Origin: Candidatus Sulfotelmatobacter sp.
GTDB lineage: Bacteria > Acidobacteriota > Terriglobia > Terriglobales > Acidobacteriaceae
Assembly (NCBI GenBank): GCA_035949755.1
Contig: DASYYT010000092.1
Location: forward strand, 4,619-68,618
Direction: 5' to 3'
Length of the DNA: 64,000 bases
A program made the translations under genes and the position numbers. The notes beneath the pieces are model-generated. The model worked only from the letters and a program-made list of their open reading frames with translations. It did not search any database and was not told the DNA's origin. Each line of letters opens with the position of its first letter. Position 1 is the stretch's first letter. This document shows positions 52,340 through 63,400 of the stretch, piece after piece.

Positions 52340-54073
52340 CTATTTGGCCCGGTAAACTGTCTTCCCCTCGACCATGGTCCAGAGCACCCTGGTATCGCGC
52401 ATTTCTTCCGGCGAATCAGTGAGCACGTCACGGTCGAGCAGCACGAGATCGGCGCGCTTGCCGGGGGCGATGCTGCCGATCGAATCCATCATGTTCATGG
52501 CGTGCGCGGAGTTGATCGTGTAGGCGTAGAACATGGCTTCGCGGGGCATGTCCTGCGAGGCGTCCAGGATTCCTTCCGATCCCTTCCGAGTTTCGGCCTG
52601 ATAGATCCCGCGAAAGACGTTGGCGGTAGAGACGGGCCAGTCGCTGGCGCCGGAGATGACGCCGCCGTTGTCGAGGATGGAGCGGGCGGGATACTGCCAC
52701 TTGTAGATTTCCGGATCCACATACGGCTTGAGAATCTCAATGGTGTCGTTGGCGGCCTCGGCCCAGAAAAGTTGCAGCGCGCTGATCACGCCCAGTTGGC
52801 GGAAGCGCGGAAAATCTTTGGGCTGCACGAATTGCTCGTGGGTGAGCGTGTGGGGCAAGTGTGAGTCGCCATTGGCCGCGCGGGCGGCGGCAATGCCATC
52901 GAGCGCGGCCGTGACCGCGCCATCCCCGATAGCGTGTACATGGATGATGAGTCCCTGCTTGTCGGCGGCGATGCAGAGCTGCGCGAAAGTCTTCGGGTCA
53001 AACAGCAGGTCGCCGTTGTGCCCGGTATTTCTGTAAGGCTTGGAAAGGTGCGCGGTTTGCGAAGGAAATTCGGCGACCCCGTCGGCGAAAATCTTGATCC
53101 CGGTGACGTGCAGGTGCGGGACATTCTTATAGGTCTCGCGTATTTTCTGCACGGTCGCGAGTTCCGCCGCGGGATCTTTGGATAGTACTCGCGGGAAGGC
53201 GACGATTTCGGAATTCAGCTCACCATGATCGGCAAGTATTTTGTAAGCCTGCAGAACATCGTCGCTGGCCAGCGGATCGAGCCAGGCGGTGATGCCCAGG
53301 CTGTAATTGTATTCGAGCGCGGCGCGGCCGGCAGCCAGCAATTTTTCCCGAGTCGCCGGAGGCAGCAGCGGTTCGATCTTGTTCAGGCCGGCATCGACGA
53401 GAAATCCATTCGGTTGCATATTTTTGTCCATGCCGTAGTAGGCGCGCTCGTCCACCGTGAGGGTCCTCAGAAATTCCGGCGTGATGCCGGCGCGCTTGAG
53501 CAGCGCGCGATTCGCCCACGCTGTATGCCCGTCCATCCCGCGCAGAAGGACCGGCTGATTTTCGTAGGCGCCCGTGCTGAAGTCACGGTTCAAGACGTCG
53601 GGATGCGACCAGAATGCGAGCGGCAGCCCTTGTACTTCGACGATGTCACCGCGCATGCCCCGTCCCGATTTCCTGGCCTCATCCACGAAAGCGGGAAGTT
53701 GCTCGAGCGTGGTGACCTTGTCCGTGGCGTCGGCGGCAATGAGGCCGAGACCTCCATCGATGGAATGACTGTGGGAATCGATGAATCCCGGGAACAAAGT
53801 CCTGCCCGCGAGGTCTACGCGCTCGGCGGAGGCGGAGACGGATTTCTCGACTTCGGACAGGTTGCCGACCGCGACAATCTTATCGCCGCGAATTGCGACA
53901 GCTTCCGCGTAAGGATGCAGCGCATCGGCCGTGAACACCTGGGCATTGAATAGAATGCGCTCATTGGCGGTGCCTTGCGACCAGACCCACGGGGTAAAGA
54001 GAAATAGAAATAGAAATAGAAATAAAGATGCGATCGAGTGAGCGATGCGATCACAGCCCAAAATTCGTCCCAT
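52340..54073 (-). CDS. Amidohydrolase-3 (YtcJ-like) metal-dependent hydrolase, secreted
   Basis: The FIDSHSHSIDGG motif gives the HxH metal ligands. A later HVHAIGD is present. The signal peptide carries an LFLFLFLFLF core. I chose ATG 54073. Confidence 0.78.
   Translation of the reverse strand: MGRILGCDRIAHSIASLFLFLFLFLFTPWVWSQGTANERILFNAQVFTADALHPYAEAVAIRGDKIVAVGNLSEVEKSVSASAERVDLAGRTLFPGFIDSHSHSIDGGLGLIAADATDKVTTLEQLPAFVDEARKSGRGMRGDIVEVQGLPLAFWSHPDVLNRDFSTGAYENQPVLLRGMDGHTAWANRALLKRAGITPEFLRTLTVDERAYYGMDKNMQPNGFLVDAGLNKIEPLLPPATREKLLAAGRAALEYNYSLGITAWLDPLASDDVLQAYKILADHGELNSEIVAFPRVLSKDPAAELATVQKIRETYKNVPHLHVTGIKIFADGVAEFPSQTAHLSKPYRNTGHNGDLLFDPKTFAQLCIAADKQGLIIHVHAIGDGAVTAALDGIAAARAANGDSHLPHTLTHEQFVQPKDFPRFRQLGVISALQLFWAEAANDTIEILKPYVDPEIYKWQYPARSILDNGGVISGASDWPVSTANVFRGIYQAETRKGSEGILDASQDMPREAMFYAYTINSAHAMNMMDSIGSIAPGKRADLVLLDRDVLTDSPEEMRDTRVLWTMVEGKTVYRAK
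54001..54024. repeat. Hexanucleotide microsatellite (GAAATA)x4 inside the signal-peptide coding region
   Basis: The sequence gaaatagaaatagaaatagaaata encodes (LF)n on the minus strand. It is AT-rich in a GC-rich gene. Confidence 0.85.
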
Positions 54074-54163
54074 GGGATGGCCCCTTCCGAAGACAGCGAT
54101 ATGCACTGCGATGGAAAGAGACACTATACACAAGTGCTGGGCCCATTGTGGAGTCGCCCGAAA

Positions 54164-55867
54164 TCAAGTTTGAAGCGCAGAGCGGCGGGTCAGCCGCGGC
54201 AGCAGGATGAGCACCAATCCATAAAAAAGCAGCGACACCACCAGCGACGCGGCGTTGCCGAAACGAAGGTCTTCGAACAGAAGCTTCAGGCTGCCGAAGG
54301 CGACGGCGGCGTAGGCCACCCATCCCAATTCGATGTGATGCCAGCGCGATCCGAGAAAGCCTAGAGCGAGTGCGAGGGCGCAGTTCACCACAGTGCGGAT
54401 CATGGAGAGGCGGGACGGATCGTGGCCAATGCCGGTGGCTGCAATGGCTTCGACTGCGAAGGCGGCGGCGGTAAAGCCGGCCAGGGTGGCCGGAACGATC
54501 CACAGCAGCCGGCGTTTGGGTTGAGCTTCGGCGTGGCGCGAGCCGATGACATAGCAGATCAGGGCGGAGAGCCCGACCAGGACCAGGCGCCAATCTCCTG
54601 AAGAATTGAGGGTTCCCGCCAGCGAATTTTCCACGTAGGTGGCCAGTGGGGAAACCGCAGCGGCGGCCGCCAGATAGAAAGACGCGTGCAGGCCCAGGCT
54701 GAGCTTGGAGGTGAGCGTGTAGAGGAAGGCGGCGGCCACTGCGGCGGCGCAGAGGAATGGAAGCTGGATCGTGGCGGGCAACAGCAGGAAGCTTCCGCCT
54801 AACAGAAGAGCGGCGGCCCACGTTGCGGAGACGCGGCGATTGCGGGATTGCGACTCTTCGGTGAAGCGCGCGAGAGTTCCCCAGTACGAAGCGGCGGCGA
54901 ATAGCAGGAATAAAATTCCGAGTGCCGGCGCTGCCGACTTGTGAGTGGCGCTCAACGTTCCATAGGTCGCTAGCGCGCAGGCAGCGCTTCCCTGGGCAAT
55001 TTCGAAAACTGTGAGGCGTTGACGCATGATGAAGCTGCGGACACCGATGCTCCCGCCATAGATCGTGAGCAAGGCGAGCGAGAGCACCGTCAGCGTCTCA
55101 GGCGTGGTCGCGCGGTATCCCTCGGGAATCGTTTCGGAAGCCAGGATGTAGACGAGCAGCCAGACGGCAAAATCAGCGGCCAGCGCTGGAATCGCGCGCA
55201 TCCTGAGGCGGTGTCCGAGGCAGGCGGCAATTTCGGTGGCGAGGGCTACTGCCAGCAAAGCCGCGGTGAGCGGGACGAGTTCTCGACTCTCAACCATGAG
55301 GGCCAGTGCCGTGACCACGGTCGCGAGCGTCGCGACTCCGGGAATCAGTTGCAGATCGTGCCGCCAGGCCAGGGCCACTGCGACCACGACAAACGCGACC
55401 AAAACGATTGAGGCGAACCCAGGCGACAGTACCTGGAAGCGGATCGTCGACTCCCACAACATGGGTGAAAGGATCAGCGCCGACGTGATGGCGTAGGTCA
55501 CGCTCGCGAAGCGACTGGCGGCAGCAGTGCGAACCGCCCAAATCATCCAGAAACAGGCATACAGGATCGCGACCAGCAGCACGGGAACTTTGGGGATGCT
55601 GGGCAATTCAGCCAGCGCGCGCAGCAAGTAAGCACCGGCAATGCCCAAAACGGCTCTGCCGATAACGGGCCCGACATCGGCCGGAGTGCCGACGAAAGCA
55701 AGTCCGCGCCAGTTTGCGGCGGCACGCTCGGTGGGGGCCCGCACGCGTGTTCGTTCGGATGAGTTTCCCGCGCAGCTTTCCAGCGCTGCCACGCGCTGTT
55801 CCAGTGCTTCCACTTGCTCGCTGAGTTGTTCCAAAGCCAACGCGATGCTATCGACAGCTTGCGGCAT
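54164..55867 (-). CDS. DUF2339-like polytopic membrane protein
   Basis: ATG 55867 with SD ggag. An N-terminal coiled coil (LALEQLSEQVEALEQRVAALE) is followed by more than 14 TM helices. Confidence 0.6.
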   Translation of the reverse strand: MPQAVDSIALALEQLSEQVEALEQRVAALESCAGNSSERTRVRAPTERAAANWRGLAFVGTPADVGPVIGRAVLGIAGAYLLRALAELPSIPKVPVLLVAILYACFWMIWAVRTAAASRFASVTYAITSALILSPMLWESTIRFQVLSPGFASIVLVAFVVVAVALAWRHDLQLIPGVATLATVVTALALMVESRELVPLTAALLAVALATEIAACLGHRLRMRAIPALAADFAVWLLVYILASETIPEGYRATTPETLTVLSLALLTIYGGSIGVRSFIMRQRLTVFEIAQGSAACALATYGTLSATHKSAAPALGILFLLFAAASYWGTLARFTEESQSRNRRVSATWAAALLLGGSFLLLPATIQLPFLCAAAVAAAFLYTLTSKLSLGLHASFYLAAAAAVSPLATYVENSLAGTLNSSGDWRLVLVGLSALICYVIGSRHAEAQPKRRLLWIVPATLAGFTAAAFAVEAIAATGIGHDPSRLSMIRTVVNCALALALGFLGSRWHHIELGWVAYAAVAFGSLKLLFEDLRFGNAASLVVSLLFYGLVLILLPRLTRRSALQT

Positions 55868-55904
55868 GGGCTGCTCCGCATCTGCCCCCAACCGTGAGAC
55901 GGGG

Positions 55905-57080
55905 CTAGCTTGTCCCGTGCGCCGGAGTCGCACCGGAGGCAGGAAGTGTGCCCGCATCCGGCCAAGGCGGCAGGAGTTTGACTAACACCCACAAAATGGC
56001 AAAGGGAAGAAGCATTAGTATGATTGCGGTGAGCAGTCCTTCGCGGGTGGCGAAGGCCATCTTATAAGTGGTGTATCCGAGGAAACTCTTGGAGAACAAC
56101 TGGCCGCCGATCACGACGTTCCAGCGCATGGCGAAAATGCCGACCACAGTCAGGCATCCGGCGACGGCGTAGATCCGCTTGCGGGTCAGTTCGCTCAGCT
56201 TAATGACTTGCGTCAACCCGATCAGGGCAATGGGCGTGACTGTGCCGAGCAGGATTTGGACGATCACCTGTGAGGTCCACAGCCGCGTGTGCACCATGAA
56301 ATCCAAGCTGCGGAATGATTCGTCGGCCTCATAGATGCGCTCCAGCAGGTCGAGCATCTCCAGGCTGAAATCAATGATGAACGTATACAAAAGATATTGC
56401 GCGATTTTGTCCAGGCACCGGATGTCAATTTCTTTCCCACGCAGTCGGCTCGTAAACATGTAGAGCAGCATGACCGCCGCTATGCCCGACACCATGGCGG
56501 AGAAGATGAAAACCACCGGCATCAGCGGCGACGACCACCACGGGTTAGCTTTCACCGATCCGAAAATGAAGCCGACGTATCCGTGCAGCAGGAACGCCGA
56601 CGGTATGCCGATCAGCGTGATGAAGTAGCCCAGCCGTTCATCGATGTGCAACGAACGTTCGGTGATCACGTCCGAGCCCAGCGTAAGCACGCGGTAGATA
56701 ACGCGCGTGAGTCCCCTAGACGTTTGCGATTTCAGGACAATGTCGCGGCGGTAGTCCAGCCAGATTTCCAATAGCAGCACCGCCGTCAGGTACCAGAGGT
56801 ACACGAAGCCGAACATCGCCATGGCCGAGGAGCGGTGCGGGGTCAGATACATTTCCAGCGAGCGCTCGGGATGTCCCAGATGCAGTTGCAGCGGCAGGGG
56901 CGCAACCAGCAGGAACGAAAGCGCAGTAAGCAGCGCCAGCCGGTACGTCGGCTTCACCGCGTCCACGCGGAACACCCGCTCCAGCGAGGCCAGGATGAAG
57001 GCCCCGGCAACCAATCCCGTGATGAAGGGATACAGAACGATGAGCACGCTCCATTGCAGCTCCACTTCGTTCGGGTACAT
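55905..57080 (-). CDS. NrfD/PsrC-family integral membrane quinol-interacting subunit
   Basis: Motifs MYPNEVELQWSVLIVLYPFITGLVAGAF and HLGHPERS, with 8-10 TM helices. The start is ATG 57080 (SD gaagg) or TTG 57104. Confidence 0.78.
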   Translation of the reverse strand: MYPNEVELQWSVLIVLYPFITGLVAGAFILASLERVFRVDAVKPTYRLALLTALSFLLVAPLPLQLHLGHPERSLEMYLTPHRSSAMAMFGFVYLWYLTAVLLLEIWLDYRRDIVLKSQTSRGLTRVIYRVLTLGSDVITERSLHIDERLGYFITLIGIPSAFLLHGYVGFIFGSVKANPWWSSPLMPVVFIFSAMVSGIAAVMLLYMFTSRLRGKEIDIRCLDKIAQYLLYTFIIDFSLEMLDLLERIYEADESFRSLDFMVHTRLWTSQVIVQILLGTVTPIALIGLTQVIKLSELTRKRIYAVAGCLTVVGIFAMRWNVVIGGQLFSKSFLGYTTYKMAFATREGLLTAIILMLLPFAILWVLVKLLPPWPDAGTLPASGATPAHGTS

Positions 57081-57129
57081 GAAACCTTCAACCGGGATGT
57101 GCAAGAAACCTCCGCCTTCCGAAAAAAAT

Positions 57130-57861
57130 TTATCGAACCGAGCCGTCCATGCCGTTGTAAAAAACCTTGGCGCCTGTCGCCATGTGCGGCTTCAGCACCT
57201 GCACCGAGTGCGTCTTTAAGAATTCGTGAATCGGATCTTTCGGATTTTTCAAGTCCGCTAACTGGCGCGCTCCTGTCGGGCAAACTTCGCAGCAGGCCGT
57301 CGTCAAGCCCTTGGTAATGCGGTGGTAACAGAGCGAGCATTTCTCCGCCGTATTGGTCTTTGGATTGATGAAGCGGCATCCATAGGGGCAGGCTTGCACG
57401 CAGTAACGGCAGCCCAGGCAGTAACTCTTGTCCACTAGCACGACTCCATCGGGCGTGACGAAGGTTGCGCCCACCGGACACACTTGCGTGCAGGGAGAAT
57501 CCGCGCAGTGGTTGCACAGCTTGGGAACAAAAAAATTCTTGCCCCCGCTGATTTCGTTGGGTGGGAAGCCTTGTTTGCCGCCGTCGGGGGATTCGACTTC
57601 CGGGCGCTCGATCTTCCAGTCGGCCACGTGGTAGCGCTCGATCCAGGTGCGGAAGTACCCCTCAGGGACATCATTTTCCTGCGAGCAGGCGCGCACGCAA
57701 CTCCCGCACCCGATGCACTTTGGAATGTCAACCAGCATCGCCCACCAGTGCTCGGTCAGTTTGTAGTTGGGAGCGGCTTCGGGCGTGCCCGCTTCCACAA
57801 ACTTCCAGGCGACCGCAGCGGCGGGCAACAGGATGAGCAGGCGACGGCGGGTGATGTCCAT
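57130..57861 (-). CDS. Tat-exported 4x[4Fe-4S] ferredoxin subunit (NrfC/DmsB-like)
   Basis: The twin-arginine leader is MDITRRRLLILLPAAAVAW. The four Cys clusters are CIGCGSCVRAC, CNHCADSPC, CLGCRYCVQACP and CSLC...CCEVCP. Confidence 0.85.
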   Translation of the reverse strand: MDITRRRLLILLPAAAVAWKFVEAGTPEAAPNYKLTEHWWAMLVDIPKCIGCGSCVRACSQENDVPEGYFRTWIERYHVADWKIERPEVESPDGGKQGFPPNEISGGKNFFVPKLCNHCADSPCTQVCPVGATFVTPDGVVLVDKSYCLGCRYCVQACPYGCRFINPKTNTAEKCSLCYHRITKGLTTACCEVCPTGARQLADLKNPKDPIHEFLKTHSVQVLKPHMATGAKVFYNGMDGSVR

Positions 57862-58358
57862 TACTTTCTGGCCTCCGTCGCAGGCTTGGATTTCGTTTCG
57901 GCCGTATCTTCAATCTTCGGCCGGTGCGGCTGATGACAGGTGTCGCAGGCCAGGCCGCCGGAGTGCTCCGCGCTAACCACCTGCGGGAAACTCTTGGGCT
58001 TGGCGCTGTTGGCTTCGTGGCAGCGCGCGCAGATCACGGCCGTGTCCAGCTTGGCCGGCTGGATCGAGGCGGGATCGTCGGCGTGCTTTGCCTGGGCTCC
58101 ATGACAAGCTTCGCAGGCGACCACCACGTGCTTGCCCAGTTTCTTCTGCTCGGCGACATCGCTGTGGCAGGATTCGCAGACTTCATGTCCAGCGTGCGCG
58201 ATAGGTAGGGCGGCGGCTTCGGCAATGGCGTTGCCTCGGTAGTGTCCATACTGTCCGAAGCTTTTAGGAACGACGGCGGACCGCAGCACAACGAAGGCCA
58301 GCACCGCGATTGCCATCACCGCGGCCAGACGTATCAGGTGTTCTGTGTCTTTGAACAA
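57861..58358 (-). CDS. Membrane-anchored tetrahaem cytochrome c
   Basis: Four CxxCH motifs are present (CESCH, CEACH, CARCH, CDTCH), plus an N-terminal TM helix. The TTG start is uncertain. Its stop overlaps the next ATG by 1 nt (TAATG). Confidence 0.75.
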   Translation of the reverse strand: MFKDTEHLIRLAAVMAIAVLAFVVLRSAVVPKSFGQYGHYRGNAIAEAAALPIAHAGHEVCESCHSDVAEQKKLGKHVVVACEACHGAQAKHADDPASIQPAKLDTAVICARCHEANSAKPKSFPQVVSAEHSGGLACDTCHQPHRPKIEDTAETKSKPATEARK

Positions 58359-58758
58359 GTTGTTTGTCCCGGCGTCCGCCTTAGGGCGTCATTGCTGCAA
58401 AAAGCGCAATGATCTTGGATACCGGGGATAGGGATTTTCAACGATGATCGAGGTCACAAGGGCGTGTGATGGCTGTCACCCCTGATCCCTAATTGCTTGA
58501 AAGAGCGGAATCTGCACCATAGGTTACACAAGTGCCAAAACGCTAATCTGTGGGATAACACATCATCGCGGTTAGGGAGAGGCAATCCGTGGTCGACTTA
58601 TCGGTAGCCGAAGGCAAACTGAGGTTGCATGTTCGCGGGCTGACAAACTGTGGGCCCTGAAGAGCAGCCTCGAAATACTGCTCGTCCACATTGCTGGCAT
58701 TCGCGGAAGACTGTGGACCAACGCAAGGCGGCGTGACGGCGCACCACTATCCGAAGGC

Positions 58759-60438
58759 TCAAGCATTAGCAGGCATGCTGACCGATTCCGGCCGCCGCGC
58801 TGGGATCATGACCTCGACGATGGTGCCGGGATTGGCATTGGCCAGGCGCAGAGTGCCTCCAAGTTCAGAAACGCGTTGCCGCATTCCGCCGATGCCAATG
58901 CCGAGGCTTTCGGGACGCAACTGAGCCACCTGCTCCTCGATTCCTTTGCCATCGTCGCGAACGCTAGCGATAATGCTGCCATCTTTTTCGGTAACGGTGA
59001 CTTTCCCGTTTCGAGCACCCGAATGCCGGAACATATTGGTCACCGCTTCCTGGATGATGCGGAAGATTGCCGTCTCGACTTCCGGCTTGAGGCGCCCCAA
59101 ATCCGCGGGAACGACCTCAAGTTGAATTTCGATTCCGCTGCGCTCCGTGAGTCCCTCGATAAACCAGCGCAAGGCCGAAACCAGGCCCACTTCGTCAAGC
59201 AAAGGCGGGTGCAACAGGTGGGAGATGGTGCGAACCTGCTGGATCGCCCGATCCACTAATTGGCTCGCTTCCGTGGCCGCCTTATGCATTCCTGGAGTCG
59301 TGTCCTTGGCTAGGATTCCGTCCATGATCATTTTCGCGGCGGCAAGTTCCTGACCTAACCCATCGTGAATTTCGCGGGCAATGCGTCGCCGCTCTTCGTC
59401 CTGCATGGTCAGCAGCCGGCTGGAGAGCCGTCTCAATTCCGCTGTCCGGCTATTCACCAGGCGCTCCAACTCGATCGCGTTCTCGCGGATCGACTGCTCC
59501 AGCACTTTGCTGTCATGAATATCGGAACACGTCCCATACCATTTGAGGATGTTGCCTTTTTGATCCCGCAGGGGCACTGCGCGCGCGCGGAACCAGCGAT
59601 AGTTCGAGTCGACTCCCCGCAGACGGTACTCCGACTCGTAGGTCTCGCCAGTCTGCACGCAGCGCACCCAGTGCGCTATGCTCGCTTCCTTATCCTCTGG
59701 ATGAACGTATTCCATCCAGCCGAATCCAATCGCAGAATTGTGAGCCGCACCGGTGTACTCATAAAAGCGGCCACTGATATATTGTCTGCCGCCATCGGGT
59801 TGTCGGCTGAAGATGATGTCAGGAGCCGTTTGCACAATCGCAGCCAATTCCTGGTGCTTTTGGGCAAGGTCAGCGTTGGCTCTTTCCAATGCCAGAGCTT
59901 TTTTTTCTATCTCCCGAGTCCGCTCGGCAACGCGTTGCTCCAGTTCGCTATTCAACCGCTCCAATTGCAGCTTCTTGCGATGCAGTTCGGCGAAGACTCT
60001 GACTTTCGCCCGCAACACTTCGGGAACTACCGGCACGGAGAGATAGTCCACCGCACCATGTTGATAGCCCTTGAGCCGGTCAATGTCGGACAGATGCACC
60101 GCCGAAATGAAGATGATGGCCGTCTTCTGAAAGCGCGGATGCTGGCGGATGATTTCGGCGAGCTCAAAACCGTCGATGTCAGGCATGCTGACATCCATCA
60201 GTACGACCGCAACATCGGTCTTGAGCAGCTTTTCCAGCGCCTCCTTGGCTGAAGTCGCTTTGATGAGATTCTCTCCCAGCTCATCCAGGATAGCTTCGTA
60301 GCTGAGCAGCTTGCCCGGCTGGTCATCCACCATCAAAATGTTGACTTTGTCGGAAGCACCCATTGCCGACTCAAAAGAATTCAGCAACCCATCTTGCGAC
60401 GGGTTTATCGCTCCGCCGTTGCTCGGTCCTACGCTCAT
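58759..60438 (-). CDS. Hybrid sensor kinase: N-terminal receiver, PAS, HisKA_3, HATPase_c
   Basis: The REC domain shows NILMVDDQPG...LMDVSMPDIDGFE. A coiled coil and a PAS domain follow, then the H-box RRIAREIHDGLGQEL and an ATPase. ATG 60438 overlaps the upstream gene stop (ATGA). Confidence 0.8.
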   Translation of the reverse strand: MSVGPSNGGAINPSQDGLLNSFESAMGASDKVNILMVDDQPGKLLSYEAILDELGENLIKATSAKEALEKLLKTDVAVVLMDVSMPDIDGFELAEIIRQHPRFQKTAIIFISAVHLSDIDRLKGYQHGAVDYLSVPVVPEVLRAKVRVFAELHRKKLQLERLNSELEQRVAERTREIEKKALALERANADLAQKHQELAAIVQTAPDIIFSRQPDGGRQYISGRFYEYTGAAHNSAIGFGWMEYVHPEDKEASIAHWVRCVQTGETYESEYRLRGVDSNYRWFRARAVPLRDQKGNILKWYGTCSDIHDSKVLEQSIRENAIELERLVNSRTAELRRLSSRLLTMQDEERRRIAREIHDGLGQELAAAKMIMDGILAKDTTPGMHKAATEASQLVDRAIQQVRTISHLLHPPLLDEVGLVSALRWFIEGLTERSGIEIQLEVVPADLGRLKPEVETAIFRIIQEAVTNMFRHSGARNGKVTVTEKDGSIIASVRDDGKGIEEQVAQLRPESLGIGIGGMRQRVSELGGTLRLANANPGTIVEVMIPARRPESVSMPANA

Positions 60439-63400
60439 CGATGCAGCCACATCCTCAACGCTGACAGAAGCTGTTCCGTATTGACTGGCTTGGCCAGGTA
60501 TTCTGAAGCGCCGGCTTCCAGACATTTCTCACGGTCGCCCTTCATTGCCTTGGCGGTCAGGGCGATGATAGGCAACCGGCGGAAAGAAGGATTCTGCCGG
60601 ATTACCTGCATGGTTGCGTATCCATCCATTTCCGGCATCATGATGTCCATCAAAACGATGGCCACGTCGGGAGTCGACTCCAGCATGGAAATCGCCTCAC
60701 GGCCCGTACCCGCGGTCAGAACAGCCATGCCGCGACGTTCCAGCACGCTGCTCAAGGCAAAGATGTTCCGCATGTCGTCGTCTACGACCAGAACTTTCTT
60801 TCCCACCAGCGCCTCGTCCGAGCGATGCAACCGGTCGAGCATTTTCTGTTTTTCCGGAGGCAGATCGGCTACGACGCGGTGCAGGAACAGCGCAGTTTCG
60901 TCGAGTAAACGTTCGGGCGACTCGACTCCCTTGACGACCACGCTGCGAGCCAAGGTATGCAGTCGTGCATCTTCCTCCGGCGAGAGCTCTTTGCCGGTAA
61001 ACACGACCACCGGCAAGTCCGCTGCTTTGGGAATGTCCCTCAGGCGTTCCAGAATGTCGAAACCGCTCATGTCGGGCAGGCGCAAATCCAGCACGACACA
61101 ATCAAAAGAGTCCTTCGATACCATTTCCAGACCCTCGGCCCCTGTCGCCGCGACAATCACGTCGATGTCGTCATAGCCCAGCAGTTCGCGAACGCTCAAC
61201 TGCTCCGCCGGATTGTCTTCCACGATCAGCAACCGCTTACGCCGGGGAGCGGCATACTCCTTGATGCGCGACAGCGCCGCTTCCAGTTCCTCCGGCCGCG
61301 TTGGCTTGGTGACAAAGGCAAACGCGCCTCGGGCCAGGCCGTGATGGCGGTCTTCGTCCAGGGTCAGCATTTGCACCGGGATGTGACGCGTAGCCGGATC
61401 TTGTTTCAGGTGATTCAGCACGGTCCATCCCAGCATGTCGGGCAAGAACACATCCAGCGAAATCGCCGTTGGATGGAACTCGCGAGCCAACGACAGTGCC
61501 TCGGCGCCGCGCAATGCGACCAGCACTTTGAAACCTTTATCCCGCGCCAGATCGCACAAGACGCGAGCATAGTGGGGATCGTCCTCCACAATCAGCAACA
61601 CCGAATCGTCGGCCTGCAGGTTCCGCCGGTCGTCAGCAATTTGCTCCACTGGACGCTCGGACACCACAATATTGGATAGGTTCAGCGGCATCGCAGGCGC
61701 CCGCAAATCCGAGGGCGTCAGCTTTGCGGCCGAGGGACCCACGTAGGTCAGCGGCAAGTACAGGGTGAAGACGCTGCCCTGTCCCGGAGTACTGCGCAGC
61801 TGAATCTCGCCTCCCAGCAGGCTGGCCAGTTCGCGGCTGATGGCCAGACCCAGACCGGTTCCGCCGTACTTGCGGCTGGTGCTGGCGTCTGCCTGTTGGA
61901 ACGCCTCAAAGATGATGCGCTGCTTGTCGGGCGCAATTCCAATGCCTGAGTCGGCGACTTGGAATGCGACTACCGATGCCGCCCCGCTGAGAATCGGATG
62001 CCCCTCGGTCCATCCCTTGTTAGCGACGGACACCGAGAGCCGCACTAAACCGTGTTCGGTGAACTTAAACGCATTCGACAGCAAATTCTTCAAGACTTGC
62101 TGCAAACGCTTCGAGTCCGTTACCAGGCTGCGAGTCAGATGCGGATCGCTCTGAACTTCGAAGACAAGCTTGCGATTCTCCGCCTCGTGGCGGAACGGCC
62201 GTGCCACCATCTCCAGCAGGTTGGAGAAGAACACTTCCTCGGCCTCGACCGAAACCGTGCCCGATTCGATCTTTGACAGGTCGAGAATGTCGCTGATCAG
62301 GTTGAGCAAGTCGGTACCGGCGCCATGAATCGTGCGCGCGAACTCGACTTGCTTCGGAGTCAGGTTGTGATCCGGGTTTTCGCTGAGCTGCTGCCCCAGC
62401 ACCAGAATGGAGTTCAGCGGGGTGCGCAACTCGTGTGACATGTTGGCCAGGAATTCCGACTTGTACTTGGAAGTAAGGGCCAGTTCCTTGGCCTTCTCTT
62501 CCAGAGCGCGGCGGGCTTGCTCGATTTCCTGGTTCTTGCGTTCCACTTCGACGTTCTGCTCGGCCAACTGTTGCGCCTTTTGCGCCAGTTGCTCGTTCGT
62601 CTGCTGCAATTCTTTCTGCTGGGTCTGCAGTTCGGCAGCCAGCTGCTGCGATTGCTTCAGCAAGCCTTCCGTCTGCATCGTCGCCTCGATACTGTTGAGC
62701 ACGATGCCGATACTGGCGGTCAGCTGCTCGAGAAATGCCAGATGTGACGCCGTGAACGCACCCAGAGACGCCAGTTCGATAACCGCTTTGACGCGGTCTT
62801 CAAACAGCACCGGCAGCACAATCACATTGCGAGGCACAGACTGGAACAATCCCGACCGAATGGGAACAGTTTTATCCGGTAGGTCCGTAATCAGCATGCG
62901 CCGTTTTTCGGCGGCCACCTGCCCCACCAGGCCTTCGCCGATTCTCAAGCGGCGGAGGTGGCCGTTCTCGCCGTCGTCGGCGAATGCCGACAACAGGACC
63001 ATGCCGCCGGACTCTTCCGTCTCCATCTGGTAAATCACTCCTTGTTGTGCATTGACCAGTGGCGCAAGTTCCGACAGTAGCATGCTGCCCACAGTGGCCA
63101 GGTCCCGTTGGCCCTGCAACATGCCGGTAAAGCGCGCCAGGTTAGTCTTAAGCCAGTCTTGCTCGGTGTTGCGGTCGGTCGTAAGGCGCAGGTTATCAAT
63201 CATCGTGTTGATGTTGTCTTTCAACTCTGCGACTTCGCCGCTGGCCTCCACCTGAATGGATCGCGTCAGGTCGCCCTTGGTCACGGCGGTGGCAACTTCG
63301 GCGATGGCGCGCACCTGGTTGGTCAGGTTGTCGGCCAGCAGGTTGACGTTCCCCGTGAGATCCTTCCACGTACCGGCGGCGCCGGGTACGTTCGCCTGCC

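Noticed and set aside
52307-52340. A cccatcg word repeat between the PilZ-like gene and the amidohydrolase stop.
   Set aside because: It is GC-rich, short (three units) and partly inside the amidohydrolase 3' end. It does not share the AT-rich 8-nt architecture of the other arrays.
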